64,000 nt of DNA from Gemmatimonas sp. (GCA_031414535.1 JANNVQ010000040.1:1-64000), one strand, 5' to 3'; shown: positions 29,534 to 39,022, counted from the first letter of the stretch. The notes: generated from the letters alone by a model not told the origin. A program made the numbers and translations.

Positions 29534-29606
29534 AGCGGGCGATGGGGTTCGAACCCACGACATCCAGCTTGGGAAGCTGGCGCTCTACCAACTGAGCTAC
29601 GCCCGC
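29534..29606 (-). tRNA. tRNA-Gly(CCC)
   Basis: Cloverleaf; CCAGC-TTCCCAA-GCTGG; upstream TTGATG-17-TATGAT. Confidence 0.95.
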
Positions 29607-29698
29607 GTGAGAGGAATCATACCGCGAGGTCCGGTTCCCATCAAGGCGCAGGCCGCGTCGCGTAGCGCAACTCGTTGCAGGCGTTAGACTTTCAGCCT

Positions 29699-30982
29699 AT
29701 GACAAGTGCCCGCAAATCCACCGCGCCAGAGCCCCAAACCCCCGACGAGGCCGTCTCCCATATCCGCTCCGGCATGCGCGTCTTTGTGCAGGGCTCTGCG
29801 GCCACGCCGCACCCCCTGCTGCAAGCGCTCTGCCGCCGCACGGACTTGGAGAACGTCACGCTCTACCATCTCCACACCGATGGCGCGGCCCCGTGGATGG
29901 CCCCAGAGATGGCCGGACGTTTTCGCGGCGTCTCCTTGTTTGTTGGACCATCACAGCGCGAGCCGGTGAATGCCGGGCGGGCGGATTACGTCCCGGTGTT
30001 CTTGTCGGACGTGCCTGGTTTGTTTCGCAACGGCATCATCCCGCTCGACGCCGCGCTCGTACAGCTCTCACCACCTGACCGCCACGGACTCTGCTCCTTG
30101 GGCACGGCCGTGGACGCCGCGCGCGCGGCCGTGGACTCCGCGAAGCTGGTCATCGCCGAAGTTAACGCGAGGATGCCGCGCACCCACGGCGACACCGCGG
30201 TATCACTGAACGTACTGTCCGCATATACCGTCACGGATCGCCCACTTCCCTCGCATCCACCAGAGCCCGAGACGCCAGAGATCGCACGCATCGGCGAACT
30301 CGTCGCTGGTCTCGTGGAAGACGGCGCCACACTGCAGATGGGCATCGGTGCAATTCCCGACGCCGTCCTCACGCGCCTTACCAGTCGCCACGACCTCGGC
30401 GTGCACACGGAAATGTTCTCCGACCGGCTGGTGGACCTCTACGAGTCGGGCGCTATCACCAACAGCAAGAAGGCCTTCGCCAGGGGCCGCATCGTCACCT
30501 CCTTCGTGCTCGGCTCCCAGCGCGTGTTCGACTTCGTGAACGACAACCCCGGTGTGCAGTTCGAAGGCTGCGATTATACCAACGACACAGCCCGTATCGG
30601 CCGGAACCCGATGGTAGTCGCCATTAACTCGGCGCTGCAGATAGACCTCACGGGCCAAGTCTGCGCCGACTCCATCGGCACGCGCATCTACAGCGGCATC
30701 GGTGGGCAGATGGATTTCATCCGCGGTGCCGCACGCTCGGCGGGTGGCAAGCCAATCATTGCCCTCCCCAGTACCGCCGCCAAAGGCACGATCTCGCGCA
30801 TCTCAACTGTGCTCGATGAAGGCGCCGGCGTCGTCACCACGAGAGGCCACGTGCACTGGGTCGTCACAGAGTACGGCGCGGTAAACCTCCACGGACGCTC
30901 CCTCCGGGAACGGCGAGAGATGCTCATTGGCATCGCACACCCAGAGCATAGAAATGAATTGAAGAGAATGAAGAGCGAATAG
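29699..30982 (+). CDS. Acetyl-CoA hydrolase/transferase family (4-hydroxybutyrate CoA-transferase-like)
   Basis: TLQMGIGAIP, LGVHTEM, GIGGQMDF, VVTEYG. Confidence 0.9.
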   Translation: MTSARKSTAPEPQTPDEAVSHIRSGMRVFVQGSAATPHPLLQALCRRTDLENVTLYHLHTDGAAPWMAPEMAGRFRGVSLFVGPSQREPVNAGRADYVPVFLSDVPGLFRNGIIPLDAALVQLSPPDRHGLCSLGTAVDAARAAVDSAKLVIAEVNARMPRTHGDTAVSLNVLSAYTVTDRPLPSHPPEPETPEIARIGELVAGLVEDGATLQMGIGAIPDAVLTRLTSRHDLGVHTEMFSDRLVDLYESGAITNSKKAFARGRIVTSFVLGSQRVFDFVNDNPGVQFEGCDYTNDTARIGRNPMVVAINSALQIDLTGQVCADSIGTRIYSGIGGQMDFIRGAARSAGGKPIIALPSTAAKGTISRISTVLDEGAGVVTTRGHVHWVVTEYGAVNLHGRSLRERREMLIGIAHPEHRNELKRMKSE

Positions 30983-31135
30983 CGACAACAGAAAAGCGAA
31001 GTAAGAGAAGAGCGAGGCAAGGAGGCACGAAGGGATGAAATGGAAGACTCTTCCCCTTCATCCCTTGGACCCTTCTCCCCTCGCTCTTCTGGTACTTCGC
31101 TTTTCCCTTGTCGCTCTTCGCTCCTCGCTCCTCGC
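30971..31135. repeat. Long imperfect palindromic intergenic element, copy 1
   Basis: Purine-rich left arm and complementary pyrimidine-rich right arm; homologous to 57310-57465. Confidence 0.75.
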
Positions 31136-31146
31136 CGTCTCGGGTC

Positions 31147-31194
31147 TTGACATCCGCGGCCAACCGCACCAGTGTACTGGCACACCAATACACT
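31147..31194 (+). promoter_or_regulatory. -35 TTGACA and YtrA-type operator
   Basis: AGTGTA-N12-TACACT inverted repeat at 31171-31194 just upstream of the GntR gene. Confidence 0.75.
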
Positions 31195-31205
31195 CGTAGG
31201 CCTCG

Positions 31206-31583
31206 ATGTTCTCCCGAATAGACCCCCGCAGCCCGACGCCTATCTACGCCCAGATTGCCGAGCGCATTCGCGTGGCGCTGGCGGCAGGTGACTTAAAGGA
31301 GGGTGACGCCCTGCCCTCCGTGCGCAGCCTGGCCACCTCGCTGCGCGTGAATCCCGCCACCGTCGTGCAGGCGTACCGCGACCTCGAGCGCGATGGCTTG
31401 GTGGAGATGCGCCAAGGCGCGGGGACGTTCATCGCGGCCGTCGGAACGGAAACGCGAGCCCGCGAACGCAGTGCCGCTGCTCGCCGCCTCGTGCGGCAGA
31501 TGATGGCCGAGGCCGCGCGCCTCGGGGTGCCAACCAACGAACTACGTGCAGCAGTGGACCGTGAACTCTCGGAGGAGAAGTGA
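31206..31583 (+). CDS. GntR family regulator, YtrA subfamily
   Basis: PIYAQI, LPSVRSLA, VNPATV...AY, GAGTF; short C-terminus. Confidence 0.92.
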   Translation: MFSRIDPRSPTPIYAQIAERIRVALAAGDLKEGDALPSVRSLATSLRVNPATVVQAYRDLERDGLVEMRQGAGTFIAAVGTETRARERSAAARRLVRQMMAEAARLGVPTNELRAAVDRELSEEK

Positions 31584-32497
31584 CCGACGCCATCCGCATC
31601 CGCGACCTCACTTGGAAGGCCGGACGCGATTTCGCCATTCGTGATCTCTCGATGCGCGTGCCTACGGGCGCCATCTACGGATTCCTTGGACCCAACGGCA
31701 GCGGCAAGACCAGCACAGTCCGCCTCTTGCTTGGTATGATGCCAGCAGATTCAGGCAGCATCGAAGTGCTTGGGCACGCCGTGCCTGACCAGACCCCACG
31801 CGCACTCGCGCGCTTGGGCTACGTGCCCGAGCGCCTACATCTCTACGGCCGCCTCTCCGTGGAAGAGAGCATTCGCTATCACGCCGCGTTCTTTGCTGGC
31901 TTTGATGTGGCGGAGGCCGAGCGCCTGCGCCGACGCTTCAACCTGCGCGAGGGCCAGAAGGTGAGCGCGCTCTCCAAGGGTGAGGCAGGAAAGTTGATGA
32001 TGCTGCTCGCGCTTTCGCAGCGGCCCGACCTGCTCGTGCTCGACGAGCCCACTGATGGTTTGGATCCCGTCGTGCGTCGCGACGTGCTCTCGGCGCTCGT
32101 GGAGTTCGTGGACTCGCAGAAGGCCACCGTGCTCATCTCCTCGCATTTGGTGCACGAGCAGGAGCGCATCTGCGACTGGGTGGGTGTGATGGATGCTGGC
32201 CGTCTGGTCGCGGAGCTACCAATGCAGGAGTTCCGCTCGGGGATTAAGCGCTTGCGCGTGCACCGTGCGCCGCTGGCGGCCGATGCGCTGCCTTGCGCGC
32301 TGCTCAACCGCTCGACGAGCGGGCCCGACACCGAGACGTGGGTCGTGCGTGGCTGGCAGCCGGAGATGAAGGAGTGGTTCACGCGCGCGGGCGCTGAGCT
32401 GCGCGACGTTGAGGATCTCGACCTGGAAGAGAGCTTCGTAGAAATGCTGAGCGGCGCCCGTGCCGCCAGCTCGGGCCCGCTCGTGGAGGGACGCTGA
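31580..32497 (+). CDS. ABC transporter ATP-binding protein (YtrB-like)
   Basis: GPNGSGKT, LSKGE, LVLDEPTDGLD, SSH. Confidence 0.93.
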   Translation: MTDAIRIRDLTWKAGRDFAIRDLSMRVPTGAIYGFLGPNGSGKTSTVRLLLGMMPADSGSIEVLGHAVPDQTPRALARLGYVPERLHLYGRLSVEESIRYHAAFFAGFDVAEAERLRRRFNLREGQKVSALSKGEAGKLMMLLALSQRPDLLVLDEPTDGLDPVVRRDVLSALVEFVDSQKATVLISSHLVHEQERICDWVGVMDAGRLVAELPMQEFRSGIKRLRVHRAPLAADALPCALLNRSTSGPDTETWVVRGWQPEMKEWFTRAGAELRDVEDLDLEESFVEMLSGARAASSGPLVEGR

Positions 32498-33150
32498 TGT
32501 TTGCGATGGTGCTTCGTACCCAATGGAATTGGACGCGCGCTGCGGTGATTGGCTTTGCGGCGCTGGCCTTTGTGTTCCCCGCCTTGGCCTGGCGTCTCGC
32601 CAGCGTCGCGTCGAACGGGCCGGACTCCCTGCAGGTCATGGATGGCTTTGCCGCACTCGGACCCATGCTTGGCTTCCTCTCCCTACTTGGCCCCTTCGTG
32701 CTCTCCGCGCTGCCTTGGGGCATCGATCACGAGACTAAGCACGTGTATCCGCTCTCGCTGCCCATCACATGGACTCGCTGGGTGGCGATGCGCTTCGCGG
32801 CCGGCGCGCTCACGCTGCTGCTACCGGCCTTGGCTTTGTACTTGGGATCGCGGCTGACACTTAGCATGCTTGAGCTGCCGCCACTGCTGCGCGGCTATGC
32901 AGGGGCCTTGGCGTTCCGCTTCTTGCTCGCCTGCTTGGTGGCTTACGGGCTCACGTTTGCGCTCCAGTACTTGGCCGGCAAGCGTGCGGCGGTCGTCGCG
33001 CTCGTCCTTCTGTTGATTCTTTCAGCGCTGCTGATGGGGCTGGCAGTGCTCGGCATGAGCGACGTCGCGGAGTCCATTGGACGCGCGATATTCGAATGGC
33101 CCGGACCGCTCGCTATCTTCGTTGAGCCGTGGACCTTGATCGATGTCTGA
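32497..33150 (+). CDS. Putative ABC permease
   Basis: About 6 hydrophobic helices; translationally coupled. Confidence 0.75.
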   Translation: MFAMVLRTQWNWTRAAVIGFAALAFVFPALAWRLASVASNGPDSLQVMDGFAALGPMLGFLSLLGPFVLSALPWGIDHETKHVYPLSLPITWTRWVAMRFAAGALTLLLPALALYLGSRLTLSMLELPPLLRGYAGALAFRFLLACLVAYGLTFALQYLAGKRAAVVALVLLLILSALLMGLAVLGMSDVAESIGRAIFEWPGPLAIFVEPWTLIDV

Positions 33151-34150
33151 GTTCCGTTTCTTCCGTCGCGCTGCATCGGCCCTGGCGCTCGCACTTTGCG
33201 CCGCCTTGCCAGCGTCCGCGCAGTCGTCTGCCGAGCTGGCGCTGCGCCGCGATTCCCTCGACCTGCGGTACAAGGCCGCTCGCGCTCGACTCGACACCGC
33301 GCAGAACTTGGCCCGTGCCGTACCGGACGATTCCTTGCTGCTGCATGGCGCCATCCTGCGCTTCAATAGCGCGAATCTCGACGAGCGCGAGCGGCGTAGC
33401 CTCACGCGCGCCTTCGACGTGGCCGCGGCAGATTTGCAGTCGCTCTTCGGCCCGGACGGCACGTCCCTGTTGGAAGGGCAGATCTGGTTCGTGACGGTTA
33501 CGGGACCGTTCACCGGGCGTAGTAAGGCGCAGCTTGGACTTGAGACGCTGGAGAACGGCCGTCGCACCACAGAGTCCTTGAACCTGCCCATTCGCACTGA
33601 AGGAGTCGTGGACATTGTGCGCCGGCGATCTGGGCGCCAGTTGGTGTCCACGCAACCGCGCATTCGCGACTGGACTGCGGGATTCAGATTGGATGAAGAA
33701 CCAACGACGACGCACTACTTCGCGCACCGGCATCTCGCCTTGCACCAATCGGGCCCTGCGCGTCGCTGCGCTCGGGGAAGCATCGATGCCTGCGCCGACA
33801 TCTTTGATCCCTCCGTTCGAGATCGCTGGTTTGATCCCACGGACATCGTAAACGTGGATCGCGACCCCACGAGCGGTGCCGTGCGCGAGTCCGTGCTGCG
33901 CTACGCGGTGGAGCTCGACGGTCCGGGAGTGCTGCGCGCGTTCCAATCGCCAGCCGACAGCACGCGTGATCGTATTGACTTCATCGCCGCCGCGGTCAAC
34001 CAGGAGCCCGACGAGTTTCTCCGAGGCTGGCAGGCTCGCCTCGCGGAGGCCGGTGCGGTGCGAGTGCGCGCAACGCCAGGCAGCGTCGTAGCCGCACTGG
34101 GATGGTTTGCACTCTGCGGGATTGTCGCCACGCGCCGGAGGCCCAAGTGA
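33143..34150 (+). CDS. Exported, C-terminally anchored hypothetical protein
   Basis: Signal peptide, C-terminal TM plus basic tail, CARGSIDAC. Confidence 0.7.
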   Translation: MSEFRFFRRAASALALALCAALPASAQSSAELALRRDSLDLRYKAARARLDTAQNLARAVPDDSLLLHGAILRFNSANLDERERRSLTRAFDVAAADLQSLFGPDGTSLLEGQIWFVTVTGPFTGRSKAQLGLETLENGRRTTESLNLPIRTEGVVDIVRRRSGRQLVSTQPRIRDWTAGFRLDEEPTTTHYFAHRHLALHQSGPARRCARGSIDACADIFDPSVRDRWFDPTDIVNVDRDPTSGAVRESVLRYAVELDGPGVLRAFQSPADSTRDRIDFIAAAVNQEPDEFLRGWQARLAEAGAVRVRATPGSVVAALGWFALCGIVATRRRPK

Positions 34151-35229
34151 TCCGCCGATTCCTCACGCTCGCGGCCGTCCCCGCGACGGTCTTCGCGTTC
34201 TATACCATCGCCCCCAAGCCAGGCGAGCGCCAGTCGCTCCGGCTCAGCGTATTTGATCGTCTGCCAGCGGTCTCCTCTGCGTACGTGGAGCAAAGCCGCT
34301 TAGCAGACACGTTACGGGCCGTGACCTTTGCCTTGCAGCGAACCGTGGCTTGGGAAGTCGCGCGCGCCGTACCCGCGGGGCCCTCGCTCACGGACGTCGT
34401 GGTGTTGCCGGGCGTTCCATCGGACGTTGCCCAACACTTTGCGAAGCGAGCGCGCGAACAGTTCGCGCGCTACGCCCAACCGCGCGTGCCGCTTCGCGTC
34501 GTCATCTCGGCAAACGACCAAGCGCTGGGATACCGCAAATACACCGTGTTGCCACAGACCCAGGCCCAGCCCTGCGTTGTCGTCATCCAGATTTCTCCCA
34601 AAGTACGCGGACTCCCCCCCGCCGATGGCGATGGGCTCATCGGTGCCTGCGGCTTCTACGCAAAGTTTGGTCGCCCTGGAAGCGGCATGCTGGAGTGGCT
34701 CAAGAATTCGCGCGGCATCGCTGCGGCAATCGACACGAGCGCAGGGATGAGTCCGCGCCGGCAAACGCGGGAGAAACTTGCCGGTGCAGAAATCGGATTC
34801 TCGGCGTTCGAGGCAGCCTGTCTTGCCGGCCGCGATGATGGCTGCGTGGCGGCCGTACTCGATCCTCTTGGCGCGCAACAATCGCGCCCAATCATCGTGC
34901 CCACGGAGCAGACCATTGGCGTGTTTTCCTCAGGCCCAAGCTCGGGACAGTATGTGCCTGGCAACACCTTGGCCAACCTTCGCGCCCACGTCGGCGATGC
35001 GCGCTTCCAGGACATCTGGTCCTCGTCCGAGCGCGTGGACCAAGCGTATGAAACGGCAACGGGCGAACACATCGCTGTGTTCGCCCGCAAACTCCTACTC
35101 CTCGATACTTACCCGCACAAACCCGGCCCGCTGCGCGGCGGTCTCCCGCTGCTTTTGGGCCTGAGCATCGGCCTCACCGCAGCGGCGTGGGCCATTGCAC
35201 ACACGCGCCGCGAGCGCAGTGGAACCTGA
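34147..35229 (+). CDS. Membrane-anchored hypothetical protein
   Basis: GTG overlapping upstream stop; N- and C-terminal TM; CLAGRDDGC. Confidence 0.7.
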   Translation: MIRRFLTLAAVPATVFAFYTIAPKPGERQSLRLSVFDRLPAVSSAYVEQSRLADTLRAVTFALQRTVAWEVARAVPAGPSLTDVVVLPGVPSDVAQHFAKRAREQFARYAQPRVPLRVVISANDQALGYRKYTVLPQTQAQPCVVVIQISPKVRGLPPADGDGLIGACGFYAKFGRPGSGMLEWLKNSRGIAAAIDTSAGMSPRRQTREKLAGAEIGFSAFEAACLAGRDDGCVAAVLDPLGAQQSRPIIVPTEQTIGVFSSGPSSGQYVPGNTLANLRAHVGDARFQDIWSSSERVDQAYETATGEHIAVFARKLLLLDTYPHKPGPLRGGLPLLLGLSIGLTAAAWAIAHTRRERSGT

Positions 35230-35235
35230 TACTGA

Positions 35236-35814
35236 TCAGGGTTGCGCGGTCATCGCCGCAACCTTGGTCTGTACCATGTCTCTGATGCGAATCTCGAGAT
35301 CGCCCATGGACACGCACCGCACGTCCTGCGTGCTTGACGTCACGGGATTGCGACCGGTCGCCTGAATGGTGGTCCCCACCACGGCACCGCCACTCGGGTT
35401 GGCGGTCACGTTCGTCATGATGGTCATCGTGATGGAATAGGTCTCGGCGTTCTCGATGGTCCCCGAGCGGCCGCAGTCGATGTAGCGCTGCATGGGAATG
35501 CGTCCGATCTGGCGACGCGTGCGCCAGCCATCATTGCCGAGCAGCTTGCGTCCATCGTCCTTCATCGTGAGCGGGATGCCGAGCTCCTCGTAAACCTGAG
35601 GCAGCACGGACCAGACCTGCGCGGCGGTGCCGGTCGAGAGCAAGCGGATGTTGTTGTCCACGTTGGCCGTGTTGAGCGAGACGCCGCCGCCACCAGAAGA
35701 CGTGACGACGCGTTCGGTGCGCACGGTTGGCGCGCCGACGGGCGCGGGCCCAGACGATGCACCGCTACAGGCGGCGGTTACGAGCACAACGGCTGCGAAG
35801 AGCGGGCGACGCAT
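35236..35814 (-). CDS. Hypothetical lipoprotein
   Basis: VTAAC lipobox. Confidence 0.75.
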   Translation of the reverse strand: MRRPLFAAVVLVTAACSGASSGPAPVGAPTVRTERVVTSSGGGGVSLNTANVDNNIRLLSTGTAAQVWSVLPQVYEELGIPLTMKDDGRKLLGNDGWRTRRQIGRIPMQRYIDCGRSGTIENAETYSITMTIMTNVTANPSGGAVVGTTIQATGRNPVTSSTQDVRCVSMGDLEIRIRDMVQTKVAAMTAQP

Positions 35815-35826
35815 GGGAGACCTCGG

Positions 35827-35894
35827 GCGAGTGTTGGCGAGAGTTGGCGAGAGTTTGCGAGAGCTTGCGAGAGCTTGCGAGAGCTTGCAAGAGC
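35827..35894. repeat. 10-bp tandem repeat (GCGAGAGYTK), about 7 copies
   Basis: Directly visible, intergenic. Confidence 0.9.
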
Positions 35895-35938
35895 CTTCAG
35901 AGGCGCTACCCCAGTCAGACAGGGCACTTGCCGAGAAG

Positions 35939-37234
35939 TTAACGCTCTGGACTGGCGGTCCGCACTTCCCTCAAGAGCTCGGCTCTGAAGCGGTGGTAAT
36001 CCACCTCGGTGGAGTGCCGTGGCCCTGCCTCCCAGTTGTAGTGCGGGCTCGCGAGTTCGGCGGCGATGGAGGCACTCAGGTTCAGGGGGCGGCGGTAGCG
36101 TCCCTTGATCTCCAAGCAGGCCAGCCGGGCCTGATGATCCGCCAAGGGCCAGATGCAGCCCAATGGCTGAAACAGCCCAATGAAATACAGCGTGGGATAG
36201 TCCCCGTGAAACATCTTCCGCCACAGCGGCACCTGCTCCGCGTCTTCGAAGTTGGCGATGGCGGCGTCAAAGAATGGGAACGTGATCTTGAATCCCGTGG
36301 CGGCAACTACGACGTCGTATTGCTCGCGAGAGCCATCGGTGAATTGCACCCCATCGCCATCCCAACTCTTGATGCCAGGCTTCGGGACGATGCGCCCGTG
36401 GCGAATCACATCGAGCAGGTCCGAGTTCACCGTGGGGTGGTGATTCATCACCGGCTGCGTGTTCTCGGGGAGTCCGATGTCGGCGTAGCGGCCTTGCACT
36501 AGGCGCATGAGCCGCGTGAGGCCGACCTGACGCAGCACGCGCGGGAGCCACGTGGAGCGCGAGGCGAGGACGTCCGCAGGCAAGCCGAAGAGGTACTTGG
36601 GAATGAACCACTGCGGGCGGCGCATAGACAGATGCACGGAGGCCGCAACGCGCGCGGCTTCCACGGCCACGTCGCAGGCCGAGTTGCCGGCGCCGATCAC
36701 CAGAATGCGCTGGTCGCGCCACGAATCATCTACGCGCTTGAAGTCGTGCGAGTGCAGATACTTGCCCGTGAACTCGCCGGGATAGCTGGGGTGACGCGGA
36801 TTCCAGTGATGGCCATTGGCGACCATCAGATGGGTGTAGCGCGCGGTGGTATCCGCTCCAGCGGCGTTGCGCACGCTCACATCCCACTGATCACCCTGCA
36901 CCGGAGTGGCATTGAGCACCTGATGATGGAACTGCACGCGCTCGAGCACGCCAAACTGCCGCGCGTAGGACTCGAAGTAGGCCTGCACCTGGCGATGATT
37001 CGGATAATCCGGGTACGTGGCGGGCATCGGGAAATCCTCGTACGACGACAGCGTCTTGGACGAGATGATGTGCGTGTTTTCGTAGACGCTCGAGTGCCCG
37101 GTGGCGTCGTCGAAGACCCAATTGCCCCCAACGGCCCCCGAGCGCTCGAAGTGGTCGTACGGGATGCCCGCTTCGAGGCAATTCTTGGCGGCGGTAAGGC
37201 CTGAGGGCCCGGCTCCAATGATGCAGACTCGCAT
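35939..37234 (-). CDS. Flavin-containing monooxygenase (class B)
   Basis: IIGAGPSG, FTGKYLHSHDFK, VIGAGNSA, ATGF. Confidence 0.92.
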   Translation of the reverse strand: MRVCIIGAGPSGLTAAKNCLEAGIPYDHFERSGAVGGNWVFDDATGHSSVYENTHIISSKTLSSYEDFPMPATYPDYPNHRQVQAYFESYARQFGVLERVQFHHQVLNATPVQGDQWDVSVRNAAGADTTARYTHLMVANGHHWNPRHPSYPGEFTGKYLHSHDFKRVDDSWRDQRILVIGAGNSACDVAVEAARVAASVHLSMRRPQWFIPKYLFGLPADVLASRSTWLPRVLRQVGLTRLMRLVQGRYADIGLPENTQPVMNHHPTVNSDLLDVIRHGRIVPKPGIKSWDGDGVQFTDGSREQYDVVVAATGFKITFPFFDAAIANFEDAEQVPLWRKMFHGDYPTLYFIGLFQPLGCIWPLADHQARLACLEIKGRYRRPLNLSASIAAELASPHYNWEAGPRHSTEVDYHRFRAELLREVRTASPER

Positions 37235-37269
37235 GGCGTGAAATTAGGCCGCGTCGCGTAAGAACGCGA

Positions 37270-37303
37270 CGAAGCCCCGCAGACGGAGGTCGGCGGGGCT
37301 TCG
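37270..37303 (-). terminator. Hairpin at end of tRNA operon
   Basis: CGAAGCCCCGC...GCGGGGCTTCG; weak U-tract. Confidence 0.55.
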
Positions 37304-37320
37304 AGAATTTTACATGTCAG

Positions 37321-37392
37321 AGCCACAGGTGGGAATTGAACCCACGACCGCTCGATTACGAATCGAGTGCTCTACCCCTGAGCTACTGTGGC
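37321..37392 (-). tRNA. tRNA-Thr(CGT)
   Basis: CTCGA-TTCGTAA-TCGAG. Confidence 0.95.
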
Positions 37393-37427
37393 GGGGAGAG
37401 GATCCCACCTGCAACCTGCACTGCAAA

Positions 37428-37509
37428 TGCCCTGGCGCGGACTCGAACCGCGACGCCTTGCGGCACCACCCCCTCAAGATGGCGTGTCTACCAATTTCAC
37501 CACCAGGGC
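37428..37509 (-). tRNA. tRNA-Leu(GAG)
   Basis: CCATC-TTGAGGG-GGTGG, long variable arm. Confidence 0.95.
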
Positions 37510-37573
37510 GAACTCGGACGGAAGACGGATGACGGATGCTAACAGCTACCGTCATGCGTTATCCATCTTCCAA

Positions 37574-37648
37574 CGGGAGCGACGGGGCTCGAACCCGCGA
37601 CCTCTCGAGTGACAGTCGAGTGCTCTAACCAAACTGAGCTACGCCCCC
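37574..37648 (-). tRNA. tRNA-Asp(GTC)
   Basis: CTCGA-CTGTCAC-TCGAG. Confidence 0.95.
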
Positions 37649-37737
37649 AAACACATTCCTTCCGTGCTACCGACGGGCGTGGCGCGCTGTGTACTCGCGT
37701 CCATCGTCCGTCTTCCGTCCGCCCGTTAGGGCGAAAG

Positions 37738-37809
37738 TAGCCCCAACGGGAATCGAACCCGTCTCTGCACCTTGAAAGGGTGCCGTCCTAACCGATAGAC
37801 GATGGGGCC
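37738..37809 (-). tRNA. tRNA-Glu(TTC)
   Basis: GCACC-CTTTCAA-GGTGC. Confidence 0.95.
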
Positions 37810-37841
37810 GACGAACTACTGACCTGCACCTGCAAACCACA

Positions 37842-37914
37842 TAGCGGTAACGGGATTCGAACCCGTGTTCCAGCCTTGAGAGGGCCGTGTCCTAGTCCCC
37901 TAGACGATACCGCC
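37842..37914 (-). tRNA. tRNA-Glu(CTC)
   Basis: CGGCC-CTCTCAA-GGCTG. Confidence 0.95.
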
Positions 37915-38007
37915 GTAGATGCTGCATGACGGATGACGGATGCTTCACGCAGCGACCGTATCCGACATTCCTGCGCCCTGCTTCCGTCATCCGTCTTCCG
38001 TCAGAAA

Positions 38008-38080
38008 CAGGCCCGGCGGGAATCGAACCCCCAACCGCCGGTTTTGGAGACCGGTGCTCTACCAATTGAGCTACGGACCT
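38008..38080 (-). tRNA. tRNA-Trp(CCA)
   Basis: CCGGT-CTCCAAA-ACCGG. Confidence 0.95.
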
Positions 38081-38093
38081 AAGACCCACGAGG

Positions 38094-38168
38094 GGTGGCT
38101 GACGGGAATCGAACCCGCGACCCTCGGAACCACAATCCGATGCTCTAACCGACTGAGCTACAGCCACC
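38094..38168 (-). tRNA. tRNA-His(GTG)
   Basis: TCGGA-TTGTGGT-TCCGA; G-1 and C73. Confidence 0.95.
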
Positions 38169-38198
38169 ATAGCCCGGTTCAAAAACCGGGAGACACGG

Positions 38199-38227
38199 AA
38201 ACTAGTGGAGCACTCGATGCTTATCAA
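38199..38227 (-). promoter_or_regulatory. Promoter of tRNA operon
   Basis: TTGATA-17 nt-TAGTTT. Confidence 0.65.
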
Positions 38228-38288
38228 CCCGGACGGATGACGAATGACGGACGCTTCGAGCATCCGTCGTCCGTCATCCGTCTTCAAC

Positions 38289-38855
38289 TCAGTCCTTCGC
38301 CCTATCCATATACTCGCCGGTGTTCGGATTCACGCGAACCCGCTCGCCCGAGGCGATGAACTCCGGCACATTGATCGTCACGCCATTCTCGAGGACCGCC
38401 GGCTTGGTGCTCGCCGTCTTCGTCGCCGTCTTCATCACAGGCGCCGTGTCCACAATCTCAAAGTTCAAGAACTGCGGAAGCTGCACCGACATCGGCTTCC
38501 CGTTATAAAACTCCACCATCACCATCATGTTGTCCTGCATCCACTGCGCGTTGTCGCCCAGTGTCTCGTCGTCCATCTCCATCTGCTCGTAGTTGTCCGT
38601 GTTCATGAAGTGGTACGCGTCACCACCCTTGTACAAGAACTGCAGCTCCTGCGTCTCCATGTCCGCCTTGTGGATCTGGTCGTCGGCGCGGAACCGGTGC
38701 TCGAAGTTGTTGCCTGAGCGCAGGTTCTTGAGCTTGGCCTGCACCATCGCGCGCAGATTGCCCGGCGTGTGGTGACGGAACTCGATGATACGGCAGGGAT
38801 CGTTTTCAAACACGATCACCATCCCGCGACGGATCTGGGTAGCCGGAAGAGCCAT
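38289..38855 (-). CDS. efp: Elongation factor P
   Basis: HHTPGN loop, QFLY, FMNTDNYEQ, KPAVLENG, VPEFI, TGEY. Confidence 0.95.
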   Translation of the reverse strand: MALPATQIRRGMVIVFENDPCRIIEFRHHTPGNLRAMVQAKLKNLRSGNNFEHRFRADDQIHKADMETQELQFLYKGGDAYHFMNTDNYEQMEMDDETLGDNAQWMQDNMMVMVEFYNGKPMSVQLPQFLNFEIVDTAPVMKTATKTASTKPAVLENGVTINVPEFIASGERVRVNPNTGEYMDRAKD

Positions 38856-39022
38856 TGGTCAGGCCAAAAAGAACGAGGTGAATCAGGACGTAAACGTAGA
38901 CAGCCTAGAAGTTTAACCCCGATTCACCCCGTTGGTCAACGGAGCTCGGCCAAGTGCCTAGATACCGGCCCGGGTGCCGGCCAACCGGACATTCCCCGGC
39001 TTGGCATGGGGGAGACTGCACC

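Noticed and set aside
35827..35894. Possible CRISPR array here or at 54243
   Set aside because: Head-to-tail 10-12 bp units with no spacers and no cas genes
37310..38359. Track ORFs overlapping tRNAs
   Set aside because: Spurious frames across structural RNA genes
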